Below the pieces are notes generated by a model. That model did not search any database. It saw only the letters and a program-made list of their open reading frames with translations, and was not told the DNA's origin. This document shows positions 9,980-20,348 of a stretch of DNA of 64,000 nt, in pieces. Positions within the stretch are counted from its first letter, which is position 1, and each line of letters begins with the position of its first letter. This stretch comes from Eubacteriales bacterium. GTDB taxonomy: Bacteria > Bacillota > Clostridia > Oscillospirales > CAG-272. Location of the stretch: NCBI GenBank assembly GCA_045645405.1, contig JAZRIQ010000004.1, positions 159,933 to 223,932 of the forward strand, in the 5' to 3' direction. The position numbers were made by a program, and so were the translations under genes.

Positions 9980-10008
9980 TTGACAAAATGTAAAAAGTAT
10001 AGTAATAT
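9980..10008 (+). promoter_or_regulatory. Sigma-A type promoter
   Basis: TTGACA (9980-9985), a 17-nt spacer, then TAATAT (10003-10008). It lies 33 nt upstream of the ATG at 10041. Confidence 0.45.
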
Positions 10009-10040
10009 ATAATAGTAAATTTTAGAAAGGCGGAGCAATA

Positions 10041-10322
10041 ATGGAATTAAATAAAAATGAGTACGTTATGTACAAGGGACTTCCTCTTGTTCGCGAGGGA
10101 GATACAATATGCTACGGCGACCTTAATGAAAAATATTTGCTTATGCTAAATATATTGGGCAAAAAGGCAAATGGCGAACCTGATATGATTATGGTTTCTA
10201 TTTGTCACACAGATGATAAAACCAAACTGGTTAAAGGTAAACAGGCTTTCAAAAACGATCTATTTGAGGCACTTGATTTAGGCAGTATATGGTTGGAGCA
10301 TCTCAATAAAGAAGGCGAATAA
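10041..10322 (+). CDS. Hypothetical small protein (93 aa)
   Basis: ORF with a GGCGGAG Shine-Dalgarno, its own promoter and a strong terminator. No family recognised. Confidence 0.5.
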   Translation: MELNKNEYVMYKGLPLVREGDTICYGDLNEKYLLMLNILGKKANGEPDMIMVSICHTDDKTKLVKGKQAFKNDLFEALDLGSIWLEHLNKEGE

Positions 10323-10328
10323 AAAATA

Positions 10329-10369
10329 ACTGTTGCTGTGTTCGGTTTTACACCGAATACAACAACAGT
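10329..10369. terminator. Bidirectional Rho-independent terminator
   Basis: An 18-bp stem, actgttgctgtgttcggt pairing with accgaatacaacaacagt (one mismatch, one wobble), flanked by an A-run and a T-run. It sits between convergent genes. Confidence 0.8.
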
Positions 10370-10373
10370 ATTT

Positions 10374-11471
10374 TTATTTTTTATTGAAAAATTCTCTGTC
10401 AGCTAAATTGCAAAAACGCTTAATCAGCTCTGTTTCTTTTGGATTGTATGGGCGAAGGCTGGGACGATATAGGTCATGAAACCATTTAGTAAAATCAATA
10501 TTAGCATTTTTATCGTCATAATACCATTTCCAATGTGCTTCATAAGGCTCATAGGTTTGATATTTTCCTGCAACAAAACCCCAATTGTAGCAACCTATAT
10601 TTTCAAGATAAAAAACAGGAAAATTATCAAAAACATTATTTCCTGTGCATCTTGCAAGCCATTCGGTATTTATCAAAGGACGTCCAAATTTTTTCAAATG
10701 CTTTACTATCCTAATATGCTCTTCAAAGGTGTTATAGTTATGATAGGTTATAATATCAGAATTTTCAAGTGCGTATTCGTTTAGCTTACTTGTGTGGAAA
10801 TCGTTCAAATCAAACCACCACGCCGCAACGGTAAGAGGCTGGGAGGGATTGATAGCACGAACAGTTTCAAACATACGTACAAGATAAGGCATTGAAATTT
10901 CTTCACGATTACTATTTCCCGGTTCATTAAACAAATCCCACATAAGAATTCGTTTATCGTCCTTATATAGAGTAACAATTTCTTCTACCATTTTAAAGTA
11001 ATCGTCTCTTGATTCCTCGTCATCAAAATAATAATGAGGCGCAGGACAATTGTGACCACCGTGTTGAGAATGCTTTCTTCCGCCGTGATAGCCCCAATCA
11101 TAGCTTTGCTCACCTATATACGGCATCTTCCATAGTTCTGTTTTCGGAGGCATACAATCGTTAGCCAAAACAATCATACAGGATATTCCGTATTTATCGC
11201 AAAGTGAAACGTATCTTTCAAATCTTTCAAGAAAGCTGTCGTGTTCTTCCTTCCAAACAACGTACTCAAGAATAAGACGAACAGAATTAAAGCCAAGCTC
11301 GCTCATTACTTTAAGCTCTTCTTCGGTAGTCTGCATTCTCTCTTCAAAATGCAGCGCTTGCCATTGATCAACTCTATTTACACAGTCAGCGCTCATATAG
11401 TTGCAACCTCTTATCCAAGGACGAGAGTTATACCATTCCCACGCTTTTTCTTTACTCCATCTCATAAACAA
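10374..11471 (-). CDS. Cytoplasmic glycoside hydrolase, cellulase-superfamily (GH5-like)
   Basis: TIM-barrel hydrolase pattern: GFNSVRL, and MWDLFNEPGN (the NEP catalytic-acid motif). No signal peptide. Confidence 0.6.
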   Translation of the reverse strand: MFMRWSKEKAWEWYNSRPWIRGCNYMSADCVNRVDQWQALHFEERMQTTEEELKVMSELGFNSVRLILEYVVWKEEHDSFLERFERYVSLCDKYGISCMIVLANDCMPPKTELWKMPYIGEQSYDWGYHGGRKHSQHGGHNCPAPHYYFDDEESRDDYFKMVEEIVTLYKDDKRILMWDLFNEPGNSNREEISMPYLVRMFETVRAINPSQPLTVAAWWFDLNDFHTSKLNEYALENSDIITYHNYNTFEEHIRIVKHLKKFGRPLINTEWLARCTGNNVFDNFPVFYLENIGCYNWGFVAGKYQTYEPYEAHWKWYYDDKNANIDFTKWFHDLYRPSLRPYNPKETELIKRFCNLADREFFNKK

Positions 11472-11482
11472 ATCCTTCTTAC

Positions 11483-11917
11483 TTAAATTACGCCTTTTTG
11501 AAGCATAACGTTTGCATATATTGCTTTTTCACTTGTTGCAATAATTGCATAAGCTTTTTTCGCCTCATCATAGAAGCTAAAACGTTCAATTGTACCGACC
11601 GCCTCTGCTCCTCTATTATCATATTTTGCGATGATTTCCTTGTACGTATCCCATATAGGTGTCTTTGCATTATCACCCTTCATTACTTCCATAAGGGAAA
11701 CAGGCTTTTCAACATAGGTATCGAGAGGAAACAGCTGTAATATAGCGTCTAAAATTTCAGGCACACCGTGTCCGTCACATCTTATTACAATTGCTTCCTT
11801 TCCCATAGATTCCGCAGGAAAATTTCCGTCTGCAATTACTATACGATCGCTATGCCCCATTTCGCATAAAACCTTAAGTAGCTGGGGTGAAATAATTGGT
11901 GGAATTCCTTTTAACAT
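11483..11917 (-). CDS. fucU: RbsD/FucU family sugar mutarotase
   Basis: MLKGIPPIISPQLLKVLCEMGHSDRIVIADGNFP is the FucU signature. The start was trimmed to the conserved MLKGIP. Confidence 0.8.
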   Translation of the reverse strand: MLKGIPPIISPQLLKVLCEMGHSDRIVIADGNFPAESMGKEAIVIRCDGHGVPEILDAILQLFPLDTYVEKPVSLMEVMKGDNAKTPIWDTYKEIIAKYDNRGAEAVGTIERFSFYDEAKKAYAIIATSEKAIYANVMLQKGVI

Positions 11918-11918
11918 T

Positions 11919-12659
11919 TTATTCTTCTCCTTTAAATATATAATTATCTTTTGCATAAGTTACAGGTATTACTTCAGTTGCTCCCGCTGAATATAAAAGC
12001 CTTGAACAGTAAAGCAACGTAGAACCTGTTGTCATAATATCATCTACTAAAAAGTATCTCTTATGTTTATTTACGAAATCCTTTTTAAGAAAATATGATT
12101 CCTGTGCATTTCTGCGCCTTTCAAGTGAAGAAAGCTTCTTTTGTTCTGTATCTCCGTTATTTACGAAAGCTTCAACAAATTCAAGTCCTAAAAGCTCGGC
12201 TAAACGCTTTGCCAACTCTCTTGATTGGTCAAAAAAGTATTTTGTTTTGTTCCTTTTTCTTCTCGGAGAATAAGTTATCGCATAAGCTTTATAATCAATA
12301 TTATGCTTTTTACAAGTTTTAACAAGTGAGGATTTCATCAAATCAGCACAAAAGTTTATGACTTCTCTGTAACGCCAATATTTCAGCATAAACACAAGAG
12401 AGTTAGCTGCCGAATCACTTCCCGGGGTATAAAAAACACTCCAAGAATAAATAGGAAAATTCTTTTTAATAAGAATAGGCGCACACATACAATCATGCCT
12501 TGTACCTCCGCAACGGTTACATCTTATCTCCAAAAAATCGTCCCATTCAACTTCACAAAGACTACATATTGGAATTTCGTTTTCATAACTTATAGAATTG
12601 CTACAAAGTAGGCACTGACGGGTTATGAAAATTCTTTTTAACAATTCAAGAGCTTTCAT
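11919..12659 (-). CDS. comFC: ComF family protein (phosphoribosyltransferase-like, ComFC)
   Basis: N-terminal Cys-rich zinc finger (CLLCSN...CSLC...CNRCG) and the PRTase motif YFLVDDIMTTGSTL. Confidence 0.85.
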   Translation of the reverse strand: MKALELLKRIFITRQCLLCSNSISYENEIPICSLCEVEWDDFLEIRCNRCGGTRHDCMCAPILIKKNFPIYSWSVFYTPGSDSAANSLVFMLKYWRYREVINFCADLMKSSLVKTCKKHNIDYKAYAITYSPRRKRNKTKYFFDQSRELAKRLAELLGLEFVEAFVNNGDTEQKKLSSLERRRNAQESYFLKKDFVNKHKRYFLVDDIMTTGSTLLYCSRLLYSAGATEVIPVTYAKDNYIFKGEE

Positions 12660-14850
12660 TGATTTTTTTCAGTAGCCTTTCCAAGTAAGTATTTCTTTTT
12701 TGTTGCATATTATTATCAATCATATTATAGAAGGTACCTTTATCTCCAACTAAAATCACAATTCTGGACGCTCTGGTAATTGCTGTATAGATCAAATTCC
12801 TTGTTTTCAGGACATTAGGACAGCTATAACTGATAGGCACAATTACAATTGGATATTCACTGCCTTGACTCTTATGAACAGTTATGGCATACGAATGGTC
12901 AATTTCTTCAATAGATGAAAAAAGATATGTTACACTTCTGTCTCCATAATCAACTACCAGTCTCTTTTCATCATTATCAATATTTTTTATAATGCCAACA
13001 TCGCCATTGTATATTCCCATTCCGTTTTCTCCTGTTTTAGTGCACCATTCAGCTTCATAATTGTTTTTAATCTGCATAATTCTGTCACCAAGACGAATTT
13101 TTCTTTCTCTGGTTGCACTGCATTCCTGCTTTTGGGCGCCATTCGGATTTAAATTTTCCTGTAAAATCACATTTAAATTATAAGTTCCGTTAACACCCTT
13201 CTTTTGGGGAGAAATTACCTGTATTCCGTCAAAAACAGTTTCATTATACCTTTTCGGTAATCGGACTTTGCATAAATTAGCAATAAAATCAGGGATTTTA
13301 TCTTCATCAACCTGTATAAAAAAGAAATCATCAAATTTTTGTGTAAGATCCGGATATTCTCCCTTGTAAATCTTATGGGCGTTTATTACAATTCCGCTAT
13401 TTTTTGCCTGCCTGAATATTTCTGTAAGCTTAACAGTACAAAATACATTTGATTCAATTATATCATTTAGCACATTTCCTTCACCAACAGAGGGCAGCTG
13501 GTTTGTATCGCCTATCAAAATCAATCTTGCGCCAGGTTTGATCGCTAATAACAACGAATTCATAAGCGTGACGTCTATCATTGATGATTCATCAACTATA
13601 ATTACGTCTTCTTCTAAATGATTTTTATCATCTCGCTGAAATCTTGGCTCTGAAGAATATTCATTAACAGTTACCTCAAGCAATCTATGTATAGTTTTTG
13701 CATCATTAGAGGTAGCCTCGCTCATTCTTTTGGATGCTCTTCCGGTTGGTGCGCACAAAGCGCATTTTAATCCAAAATGAGAAAAAATTTGCATAACTGC
13801 TTTAATTACAGTTGTTTTTCCCGTTCCCGGACCGCCTGTAAGAACAGTAACACCGTTGGCAACACATTCAAAAATAGCTTTCTTCTGCATTTTTGCATAT
13901 TCTATACCATTTTCAAGTTCAATCCTATTTAATACGTGTTCTATATTGGCACCGTCCAAGTATATCGCTCTTCTATTTATTTCGGTAAGCTTTTTTGCAA
14001 TATAACATTCTGCTTGATATAAGCTTCTTAATGAGATTTCTTTTTCATTTTTCTCTACGTGTATAAAATCAAGAACAGAGCCGTCGTAAAGCATTTGAAA
14101 CACCTTGGTTTTATCAACTTCTAAAAGCTTGGAAACTCCATCACATAGCTTTTCTTCACTAACAAACGTATGTCCGTCTCTTGAAGCAAAAACATTCAGC
14201 GCATATCTGATTCCACTAATAATTCGCTCCCTGCTATCTGGGTTAAAGCCAAATCCCATTGCTATTTCATCAGCTCGCTTGAAGCCGATACCAAAATCGG
14301 TTTCACAAAGCATATAAGGATTTTCTCTTATTACGCCCAAAGCATTTCTTCCCCATTTTTTATACACCTTCACGGCAGTATTGGAAGAAATAGTACCGTT
14401 GCAAAAGGTCAATATTTCTCTTACGTCGGATTTTTCTTTAAAATCAATGCTGATTTCGTATGCCTTTTTACGAGAGATACCTTTTATATTTACTAGCCAA
14501 TCAGGATGATTTGCAATTACGTCAAAGCTATCATCACCATAAAGTTCAACGATTTTTTGTGCAATTTTTGCACCTATACCTTTGACTGCACCAGATGCTA
14601 AATATCTTAAAATTTCATTCTTTTTTTGAGGAAGAATTTTTTTATATTCCTGAACCTTAAATTGCTGTCCGTATTCCTTACTGGTTATCCAAGAACCGTT
14701 AGCTTCTATTCCTTCTCCAACTGAAATATACGGCATAACTCCAACAGCGGTAACAAGCTTGCCCGTATCAGCCTCAACGTCGCAAACGCTATACCAATTA
14801 TCTTCGTTTTGAAAAATCAGTTTAACAACAATTCCTTTTAGCTGCTCCAT
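12646..14850 (-). CDS. recD2: ATP-dependent RecD2-like SF1B DNA helicase
   Basis: OB-like N-terminus, HhH region, Walker A LTGGPGTGKTT, motifs IIVDESSM, GDTNQLPSVG and ITVHKSQGSEYP. Confidence 0.9.
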   Translation of the reverse strand: MEQLKGIVVKLIFQNEDNWYSVCDVEADTGKLVTAVGVMPYISVGEGIEANGSWITSKEYGQQFKVQEYKKILPQKKNEILRYLASGAVKGIGAKIAQKIVELYGDDSFDVIANHPDWLVNIKGISRKKAYEISIDFKEKSDVREILTFCNGTISSNTAVKVYKKWGRNALGVIRENPYMLCETDFGIGFKRADEIAMGFGFNPDSRERIISGIRYALNVFASRDGHTFVSEEKLCDGVSKLLEVDKTKVFQMLYDGSVLDFIHVEKNEKEISLRSLYQAECYIAKKLTEINRRAIYLDGANIEHVLNRIELENGIEYAKMQKKAIFECVANGVTVLTGGPGTGKTTVIKAVMQIFSHFGLKCALCAPTGRASKRMSEATSNDAKTIHRLLEVTVNEYSSEPRFQRDDKNHLEEDVIIVDESSMIDVTLMNSLLLAIKPGARLILIGDTNQLPSVGEGNVLNDIIESNVFCTVKLTEIFRQAKNSGIVINAHKIYKGEYPDLTQKFDDFFFIQVDEDKIPDFIANLCKVRLPKRYNETVFDGIQVISPQKKGVNGTYNLNVILQENLNPNGAQKQECSATRERKIRLGDRIMQIKNNYEAEWCTKTGENGMGIYNGDVGIIKNIDNDEKRLVVDYGDRSVTYLFSSIEEIDHSYAITVHKSQGSEYPIVIVPISYSCPNVLKTRNLIYTAITRASRIVILVGDKGTFYNMIDNNMQQKRNTYLERLLKKINESS

Positions 14851-14910
14851 AGTGCTGATACCTCCTCTCGCAAGTTATATTTTATCATAATAATATAATT
14901 AAATCAAGTA

Positions 14911-14936
14911 AAAAAGCACGCAAATTGCGTGCTTTT
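14911..14936 (-). terminator. Rho-independent terminator after metK
   Basis: Stem agcacgc pairs with gcgtgct (14915-14933). The adjacent A-run gives a U-tract on the minus strand. Confidence 0.7.
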
Positions 14937-14942
14937 AGTATG

Positions 14943-16115
14943 TCATAATAATTCCGATTTAATCTTTTCTACAAGATCAAGCTTTTCCCACGGAATGTCA
15001 AGATCCTCTCTGCCGATATGACCATAAGCGGCAAGCTGACGGTAAATAGGACGGCGAAGCTGGAACTTTTCAATAATAGCAGTTGGACGTAAATCAACGT
15101 TGTTATATACAAATTCAGAAATCTTATCTTCATCAATTTTTGCGGTTCCAAATGTATCAACAAGAACAGAAACAGGCTTTGCAACACCAATGGCATACGC
15201 AATCTGCACCTCGCATTTATCAGCTAAGCCTGCAGAAACGATATTTTTAGCAACGTATCTTGCTGCGTAGCAGGCGCTTCTGTCAACCTTTGTGGGGTCT
15301 TTTCCCGAAAAAGCTCCGCCACCGTGACGGGAATATCCACCGTATGTATCAACAATGATTTTTCTGCCTGTTAGACCTGTATCTCCGTGAGGACCACCAA
15401 TAACAAAGCGTCCTGTTGGATTTACAAAAATCTTTGTATTTTCATCAATCATATTGCTCGGGATAACGGGTTTTATTACGTGCTTGATTACATCTTCTCT
15501 GATAGTTTCAAGCTCAACGCTATCGCTATGTTGAGATGATACAACTATCGCATCTATTCTTGATGGCTTACCGTCATTATATTCAACTGTCACTTGAGTT
15601 TTTCCGTCCGGACGAAGATAGCTCAACAGTCCGTTTTTTCTCACCTCTGTAAGCTTCTTTGCAAGCTTATGAGCAAGAGATATTGGCAATGGCATAAGCT
15701 CCTCGGTTTCGTTACAAGCATAACCGAACATTAAGCCCTGGTCGCCTGCACCGTTATCATTTTCGTCACCGTTTGACTTTGCCTCTTGAGATTTATCAAC
15801 GCCTAATGCAATATCTGCTGATTGAGCGTGAACATTGATAATAACACCGCAAGAGTTGCAGTCAAAGCCATATTCGGCTTTATTGTATCCAATTTCATCA
15901 ATAGTTTTTCTAACTATTTCAGTATAGTCAATTTTAGCATTTGTTGTTATTTCTCCCATTACGTTAACAAGTCCCGTTGTGCAGAAGCTTTCGCAAGCTA
16001 CTCTTGAATATGGGTCCTGTTCAAGTAAGGCATCAAGTATTGCGTCGGAAATCTGGTCGCAAATTTTATCCGGATGTCCTTCAGTTACAGATTCTGATGT
16101 GAAAAATTTTCTCAT
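14943..16115 (-). CDS. metK: S-adenosylmethionine synthase
   Basis: [36 protein letters not shown] and DTYGG motifs. The start was trimmed to the conserved N-terminus. Confidence 0.95.
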   Translation of the reverse strand: MRKFFTSESVTEGHPDKICDQISDAILDALLEQDPYSRVACESFCTTGLVNVMGEITTNAKIDYTEIVRKTIDEIGYNKAEYGFDCNSCGVIINVHAQSADIALGVDKSQEAKSNGDENDNGAGDQGLMFGYACNETEELMPLPISLAHKLAKKLTEVRKNGLLSYLRPDGKTQVTVEYNDGKPSRIDAIVVSSQHSDSVELETIREDVIKHVIKPVIPSNMIDENTKIFVNPTGRFVIGGPHGDTGLTGRKIIVDTYGGYSRHGGGAFSGKDPTKVDRSACYAARYVAKNIVSAGLADKCEVQIAYAIGVAKPVSVLVDTFGTAKIDEDKISEFVYNNVDLRPTAIIEKFQLRRPIYRQLAAYGHIGREDLDIPWEKLDLVEKIKSELL

Positions 16116-16171
16116 AATTTGCTCCTTTTCTACGGAAGATAAATTTATCATTATGTTTAAAAACAAAAAAT

Positions 16172-16302
16172 AAAAGCCCACGGAATTCCGTGGGCTGATA
16201 CGCTTTCATAAGGTCTCATCTCTCGGAATTGGCACCTTGTCGCTCTCGATAGGTTGCCGTAACTTCTCAGGGCCTGTCCCTCCGTTACTCTTGATAAGAA
16301 TT
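16172..16302 (-). promoter_or_regulatory. SAM-I (S-box) riboswitch with terminator expression platform
   Basis: The minus strand reads UUCUUAUCAAGAGUAACGGAGGGACAGGCCCUGAGAAGUUACGGCAACC...GGUGCCAAUUCCGAGAGAUGAGA, matching the S-box core with P1 UCUUAUC/GAUGAGA. It is followed by the terminator AGCCCACGGAAUUCCGUGGGCUUUU (16175-16196) upstream of metK. Confidence 0.9.
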
Positions 16303-16314
16303 ATTTGCGTTGCA

Positions 16315-16343
16315 ATTATAGCACAATGTATTATAAATTGCAA
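16315..16343 (-). promoter_or_regulatory. Sigma-A promoter of the metK leader
   Basis: Minus strand: TTGCAA (16343-16338), a 17-nt spacer, then TATAAT (16320-15). It sits just upstream of the riboswitch. Confidence 0.55.
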
Positions 16344-16361
16344 TAGGTATTTTTAAATTTT

Positions 16362-16862
16362 TTAAAAAATTGCTATTGCACTATACGAAATAATCATCAT
16401 AATTATTCCGGAAATCATTACTCCAAACAAGCAAGATAAAAATGCCTTCCAAAATTTCATATCAATCATAGCAGAAACAAGAGAGCCTGTCCATGCACCC
16501 GTTATAGGCAAAGGGACAGCAACGTATAGGCAAACTCCCCAAAATGCATATTTTTCAATTCCCGCACGCTTTTTTTCAACCTTGCGTAGCAAAAAGCTTG
16601 CTACTTTATTGAAAAACTTGATTTTTGACAAAGACATCCATCTGATAACTTGCTTAATCAACAAAAGAATAAACGGTACAGGTACCATATTGCCAAGAAC
16701 GCTTAACAGATAAGTTTGCCACATTGGCATACCGAATGCAGCGCCCATAGGAACAGCACCTCTTAACTCAATAATAGGTATCATTGAGCAAAAAAACACG
16801 CAAAGCTCTTTTCCAACCGTTTCCAGAAAAAAGTTTTCTATAATTTCAGTAAATTCTGACAT
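16362..16862 (-). CDS. Small multidrug export-like membrane protein (COG2426-type)
   Basis: A 166-aa protein with 4-5 TM helices. The IPIIELRGAVPMG motif is typical of this family. Confidence 0.6.
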   Translation of the reverse strand: MSEFTEIIENFFLETVGKELCVFFCSMIPIIELRGAVPMGAAFGMPMWQTYLLSVLGNMVPVPFILLLIKQVIRWMSLSKIKFFNKVASFLLRKVEKKRAGIEKYAFWGVCLYVAVPLPITGAWTGSLVSAMIDMKFWKAFLSCLFGVMISGIIMMIISYSAIAIF

Positions 16863-16867
16863 TATAA

Positions 16868-18574
16868 CTATGCAAGATATTTGAGTGCAAGCTCATACAT
16901 AACCTTAATAAAGTCTTGTAGCTCGCCCTTCTTGCTCTCCTTTAAGTATAATTTAGAATACTCCTTAAGCCAAGCCTCAACATCACTTAAAATCACACCG
17001 CATTTTTCACCGCACTGTATTGAAACGAGCATAGATATCATATATTCAATACCCTGCGCAATTATTAAGAATGCTTCTCTTGCATCCTCATTTTCCCATT
17101 TAGCAGCCATCAAATAAGGAATAATTTCTTCACACTTATTAAAAGCTTCTTTTAGCGCATCAGTATCAGGGGTATTTGCACGCATTGCTTGATTATTGAA
17201 TTTTGTATTCGAATAATGAACGCATAAATTGTACCAGAAATTAGCTATATGTAAATTTGCTAATTTATTAATAATCTCGCCTGCACCCTCATAGCCGTAA
17301 TGTAAGAAATCAATAAGCTCATTGAAGTTGTCATATTTGCAGTTTACGTTCCATGCCTTTGCGCAAGCGTAAATTATACCGTACATACAGCTTTCAAGAG
17401 GTGAGGTATGGCCGTAATCTCCCCAGCAGGTAGTAAGCATACCGATAGCTTTAGCTTCATATCCGTATTCAGCCATTTTTGTAATATTTGGAATTGAACG
17501 CTGTGTTAGCTCCATAAGACTTGCCCAGTTGTTAAGTCCCGGACAAACGTATTGAGGCTTATTTGCGTTTTTAACCTTATTTATATTATTAGGTGACTCA
17601 TTAGGGCTATATCCCCAGCTTAAGAAGGTTAAGTCATTGTCAAGTTCATCTATAAATTCAGCATGTTGAGAAATAACGTCGCCCCACATCATTGGCTTTT
17701 TACCCTTTGATTTTACATGAGCTACGATTTTGTTAACGAAATTGATATATTCTCTTGCCTTGTCCTTACCGCTGTTTCTGCCATTACACAAATCAAATGT
17801 TTCATCACAGCAAATATTAAACTTATCACTTGTGAATAAAGGTGAATATTGATCAATAAGGCTTTTAATAAGCTCAATGCTTTCAGGATTCGATACGTCA
17901 ATAGTATGGTGACCCATTCTCTCAGCCCAATAAATCGCCTTAGGCTCATAGTCCTTGTATTCACATAAATCCTTGCGATTAAACTGTAAAAGCTCGTATA
18001 AATGTCCAAAGCAGGACAAAGAAGGAACCAACTCAATAAAGTTTTCTTTACAGTATTTATCCAGTTCAATAGTTTCTTCGGGAGTCATATAGCCTGTACG
18101 TTGATAAATTCCATCATATTCCTTAAATGGAAATACGTGTTCTACGTACAACTGAAGCATATTATGCTTATAATAAGCCAATGAATCAACAAGATTTTTT
18201 AACGTTTCAAGAGTAGGTACTCTACCTCTCGTTATGTCAAAATAAAAGCCTCTTACCTCAAAGTCAGGACAGTCAACGATTTCCTCGGCATCATAATATC
18301 CGTTTTTGATAATTTGGCGTAAGGTTTGAATAGCGTAGAAAGCACCCTGATAGCTTGGTGACCAAATTGAAATTTCATCATTCTTAAACGTAATTCTGTA
18401 GTTTTCCCCCTTACTGCCATTTACTGCGATCTTTACTACCGTTTCTCCTTCAGGTACTTTTTTTGCTAAGTTAATTACTCTTTTATCGCAGTTTTCAGGA
18501 AAAACAAACGTACAACCTTTGATTTCAGTTCTTGTTCCTTTTTTAATCTCTTTTACAGCCGGTATTAGTTTCAT
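16868..18574 (-). CDS. GH20-family beta-N-acetylhexosaminidase-like protein
   Basis: DCPDFEVRGFYFDITRG at the start of the catalytic TIM barrel, and a D-E pair in NICCDETF that corresponds to the GH20 HxGGDE motif. No signal peptide. Confidence 0.65.
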   Translation of the reverse strand: MKLIPAVKEIKKGTRTEIKGCTFVFPENCDKRVINLAKKVPEGETVVKIAVNGSKGENYRITFKNDEISIWSPSYQGAFYAIQTLRQIIKNGYYDAEEIVDCPDFEVRGFYFDITRGRVPTLETLKNLVDSLAYYKHNMLQLYVEHVFPFKEYDGIYQRTGYMTPEETIELDKYCKENFIELVPSLSCFGHLYELLQFNRKDLCEYKDYEPKAIYWAERMGHHTIDVSNPESIELIKSLIDQYSPLFTSDKFNICCDETFDLCNGRNSGKDKAREYINFVNKIVAHVKSKGKKPMMWGDVISQHAEFIDELDNDLTFLSWGYSPNESPNNINKVKNANKPQYVCPGLNNWASLMELTQRSIPNITKMAEYGYEAKAIGMLTTCWGDYGHTSPLESCMYGIIYACAKAWNVNCKYDNFNELIDFLHYGYEGAGEIINKLANLHIANFWYNLCVHYSNTKFNNQAMRANTPDTDALKEAFNKCEEIIPYLMAAKWENEDAREAFLIIAQGIEYMISMLVSIQCGEKCGVILSDVEAWLKEYSKLYLKESKKGELQDFIKVMYELALKYLA

Positions 18575-18583
18575 AATAAGTCC

Positions 18584-19429
18584 TCACTTAATTATTATTT
18601 CACGTCCTGCGCCTATTAAACCGCTCGACGTGGATATTTGCATTAAATTATCAGTAATTTTATACTCTTTTGCAGAGTGAATATGACCGCACAGCACAGC
18701 AATAAAGCGGTGGCTATTCTCTTTTACAAGATTTACAAATTCCATTGTATTATCATCGTCATTTTTTGTTCCCATAAAGAAATATGAACCGATTTTTTCA
18801 AGCATTATTTCACCGAACTCACCAAGCAAAAGCGGTTTATGCTCAATTAAAAGCAATTTTTTGTCAGAAAGAATTTTTTCTTTTAACAAATTTAATTGAC
18901 CATCAGTTATAGGAAGGTTGTTATCAACAGCAATTATTTCAAATTCTTCATAATCAAAGGCTTGAAAATAGGGGCTGGATGGGAATAAATCTTTTATTCT
19001 GTCATATTGATTTATATGCTCACCGTATTCATTCATACTGCAATGATTTCCGGGGCAATAAATTATTGGCAATGGAAACTTTTCAAAAAAGCGCTTTAAA
19101 TAACGAATATTACTCTCCGTTACTCTGTCCATTATATCACCGCTTAAAATAAGTGCATCAGCATTAAAATCGCAAGCATAATTACATAGCGCCTCAAAAA
19201 GCACATTTGCTTCAACATCATAGCGTTCATCACAAAACTCGTCGTTTTGATTAGCAAACTCAAGCTTCAATTTTTTCCACCCCTCAGAAGAACGCTTATG
19301 CTCGTTAACGTCAACTAAGGAGCTTTCGCTATCACAAAAAGAAAGGTGCAAATCGCTTATTTGAAAAAAACGGTATTCTCGTTTAAGACCTAAATTCAAT
19401 TCAGTTCTTTTAATTTGTAATAATCCCAT
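18584..19429 (-). CDS. Metallophosphoesterase
   Basis: Calcineurin-like motifs ISDLHLS, GDIMDR, GNHC and GHIHS. Confidence 0.75.
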   Translation of the reverse strand: MGLLQIKRTELNLGLKREYRFFQISDLHLSFCDSESSLVDVNEHKRSSEGWKKLKLEFANQNDEFCDERYDVEANVLFEALCNYACDFNADALILSGDIMDRVTESNIRYLKRFFEKFPLPIIYCPGNHCSMNEYGEHINQYDRIKDLFPSSPYFQAFDYEEFEIIAVDNNLPITDGQLNLLKEKILSDKKLLLIEHKPLLLGEFGEIMLEKIGSYFFMGTKNDDDNTMEFVNLVKENSHRFIAVLCGHIHSAKEYKITDNLMQISTSSGLIGAGREIIIK

Positions 19430-19590
19430 AGTGTCCTCTAAACAAAAAAATACACAATAATTATACTATAAAACGATACGTATGTCAATATTTATCGCTT
19501 TAAGTCGATGAAAATAATGTTTTTATAGCTGTTTTTCGACTATTTTTTCAGTTTTTTAATATTAAAATTTAAAAAAAGGACGGTGAAAAA

Positions 19591-19929
19591 ATGACAGGAT
19601 GTGAAAGCGTAGAGCTAATTTATGAAAAGCACGTGCTAAAGGTAAAAATCAGAGGCGATATTGACCATCACAGTGCTAAAGGAATACGAGACAAAATTGA
19701 CAACGCCATATTTACAAAAAAGCCGGCAATGATAGTGCTTGATTTAAGTGTTGTTGAATTTATGGATTCCTCGGGTCTTGGACTTATTATGGGCAGATAT
19801 ACTAATTCCTTGGAAATCGGTGCGAATTTTTTAATTTACAAACCTTGTGCTAAAGTTAAGAAGATACTTGAGCTTGCAGGAATTGAAAGAATTATGGAAA
19901 TTAAGGGAGATGACGACTATGAAGCGTAG
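19591..19929 (+). CDS. spoIIAA: Anti-sigma-F factor antagonist SpoIIAA
   Basis: STAS domain with the phosphorylatable-serine motif EFMDSSGLGLI. First gene of the spoIIA operon. Confidence 0.9.
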   Translation: MTGCESVELIYEKHVLKVKIRGDIDHHSAKGIRDKIDNAIFTKKPAMIVLDLSVVEFMDSSGLGLIMGRYTNSLEIGANFLIYKPCAKVKKILELAGIERIMEIKGDDDYEA

Positions 19930-20347
19930 TGAAAATTATATGAAGCTATATTTACCCTCAATATCAGTTAACGAGGGGCTCGCAAGGCAGGCGGTTTCTT
20001 CATTTATTGCGCAGTTAAATCCAACAATTGAGGAAATATCGGACATTAAATGTGCTGTCTCTGAAGCTGTTACAAATGCAATAGTACACGGATATAAATT
20101 CAGTGAAGGCATTATTTACATAAACGTTAAGTATTACAAGGATAGGACGGTAACCATTGAAATCAAGGATAACGGATGCGGTATTGAAGACGTAAGACTT
20201 GCTATGACACCTCTTTATACAACCGATACAACAGGCGAGCGAAGCGGTATGGGGTTTGCAGTTATGCAAACCTTTATGGATAAGCTTGACGTACGCTCTA
20301 TAAGCGGACAAGGTGTTCGCATTCTTATGAGTAAAAAACTAAGTTAA
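19919..20347 (+). CDS. spoIIAB: Anti-sigma-F factor / serine kinase SpoIIAB
   Basis: GHKL kinase boxes EAVTNAIVHGY, DNGCGI and GMGFAVM. The start at 19919 has a GGGAG Shine-Dalgarno and overlaps the spoIIAA stop; the ORF-track start at 19847 lies inside spoIIAA. Confidence 0.9.
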   Translation: MKRSENYMKLYLPSISVNEGLARQAVSSFIAQLNPTIEEISDIKCAVSEAVTNAIVHGYKFSEGIIYINVKYYKDRTVTIEIKDNGCGIEDVRLAMTPLYTTDTTGERSGMGFAVMQTFMDKLDVRSISGQGVRILMSKKLS

Positions 20348-20348
20348 A

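Noticed and set aside
19430-19590. Sigma-H promoter and Spo0A boxes upstream of spoIIAA
   Set aside because: There are a few 5-6/7 matches to the 0A box (tttcgact, agtcgat). I could not find a convincing sigma-H -35/-10 pair (AGGAWWT ... GAAT), so it is not reported as a feature.
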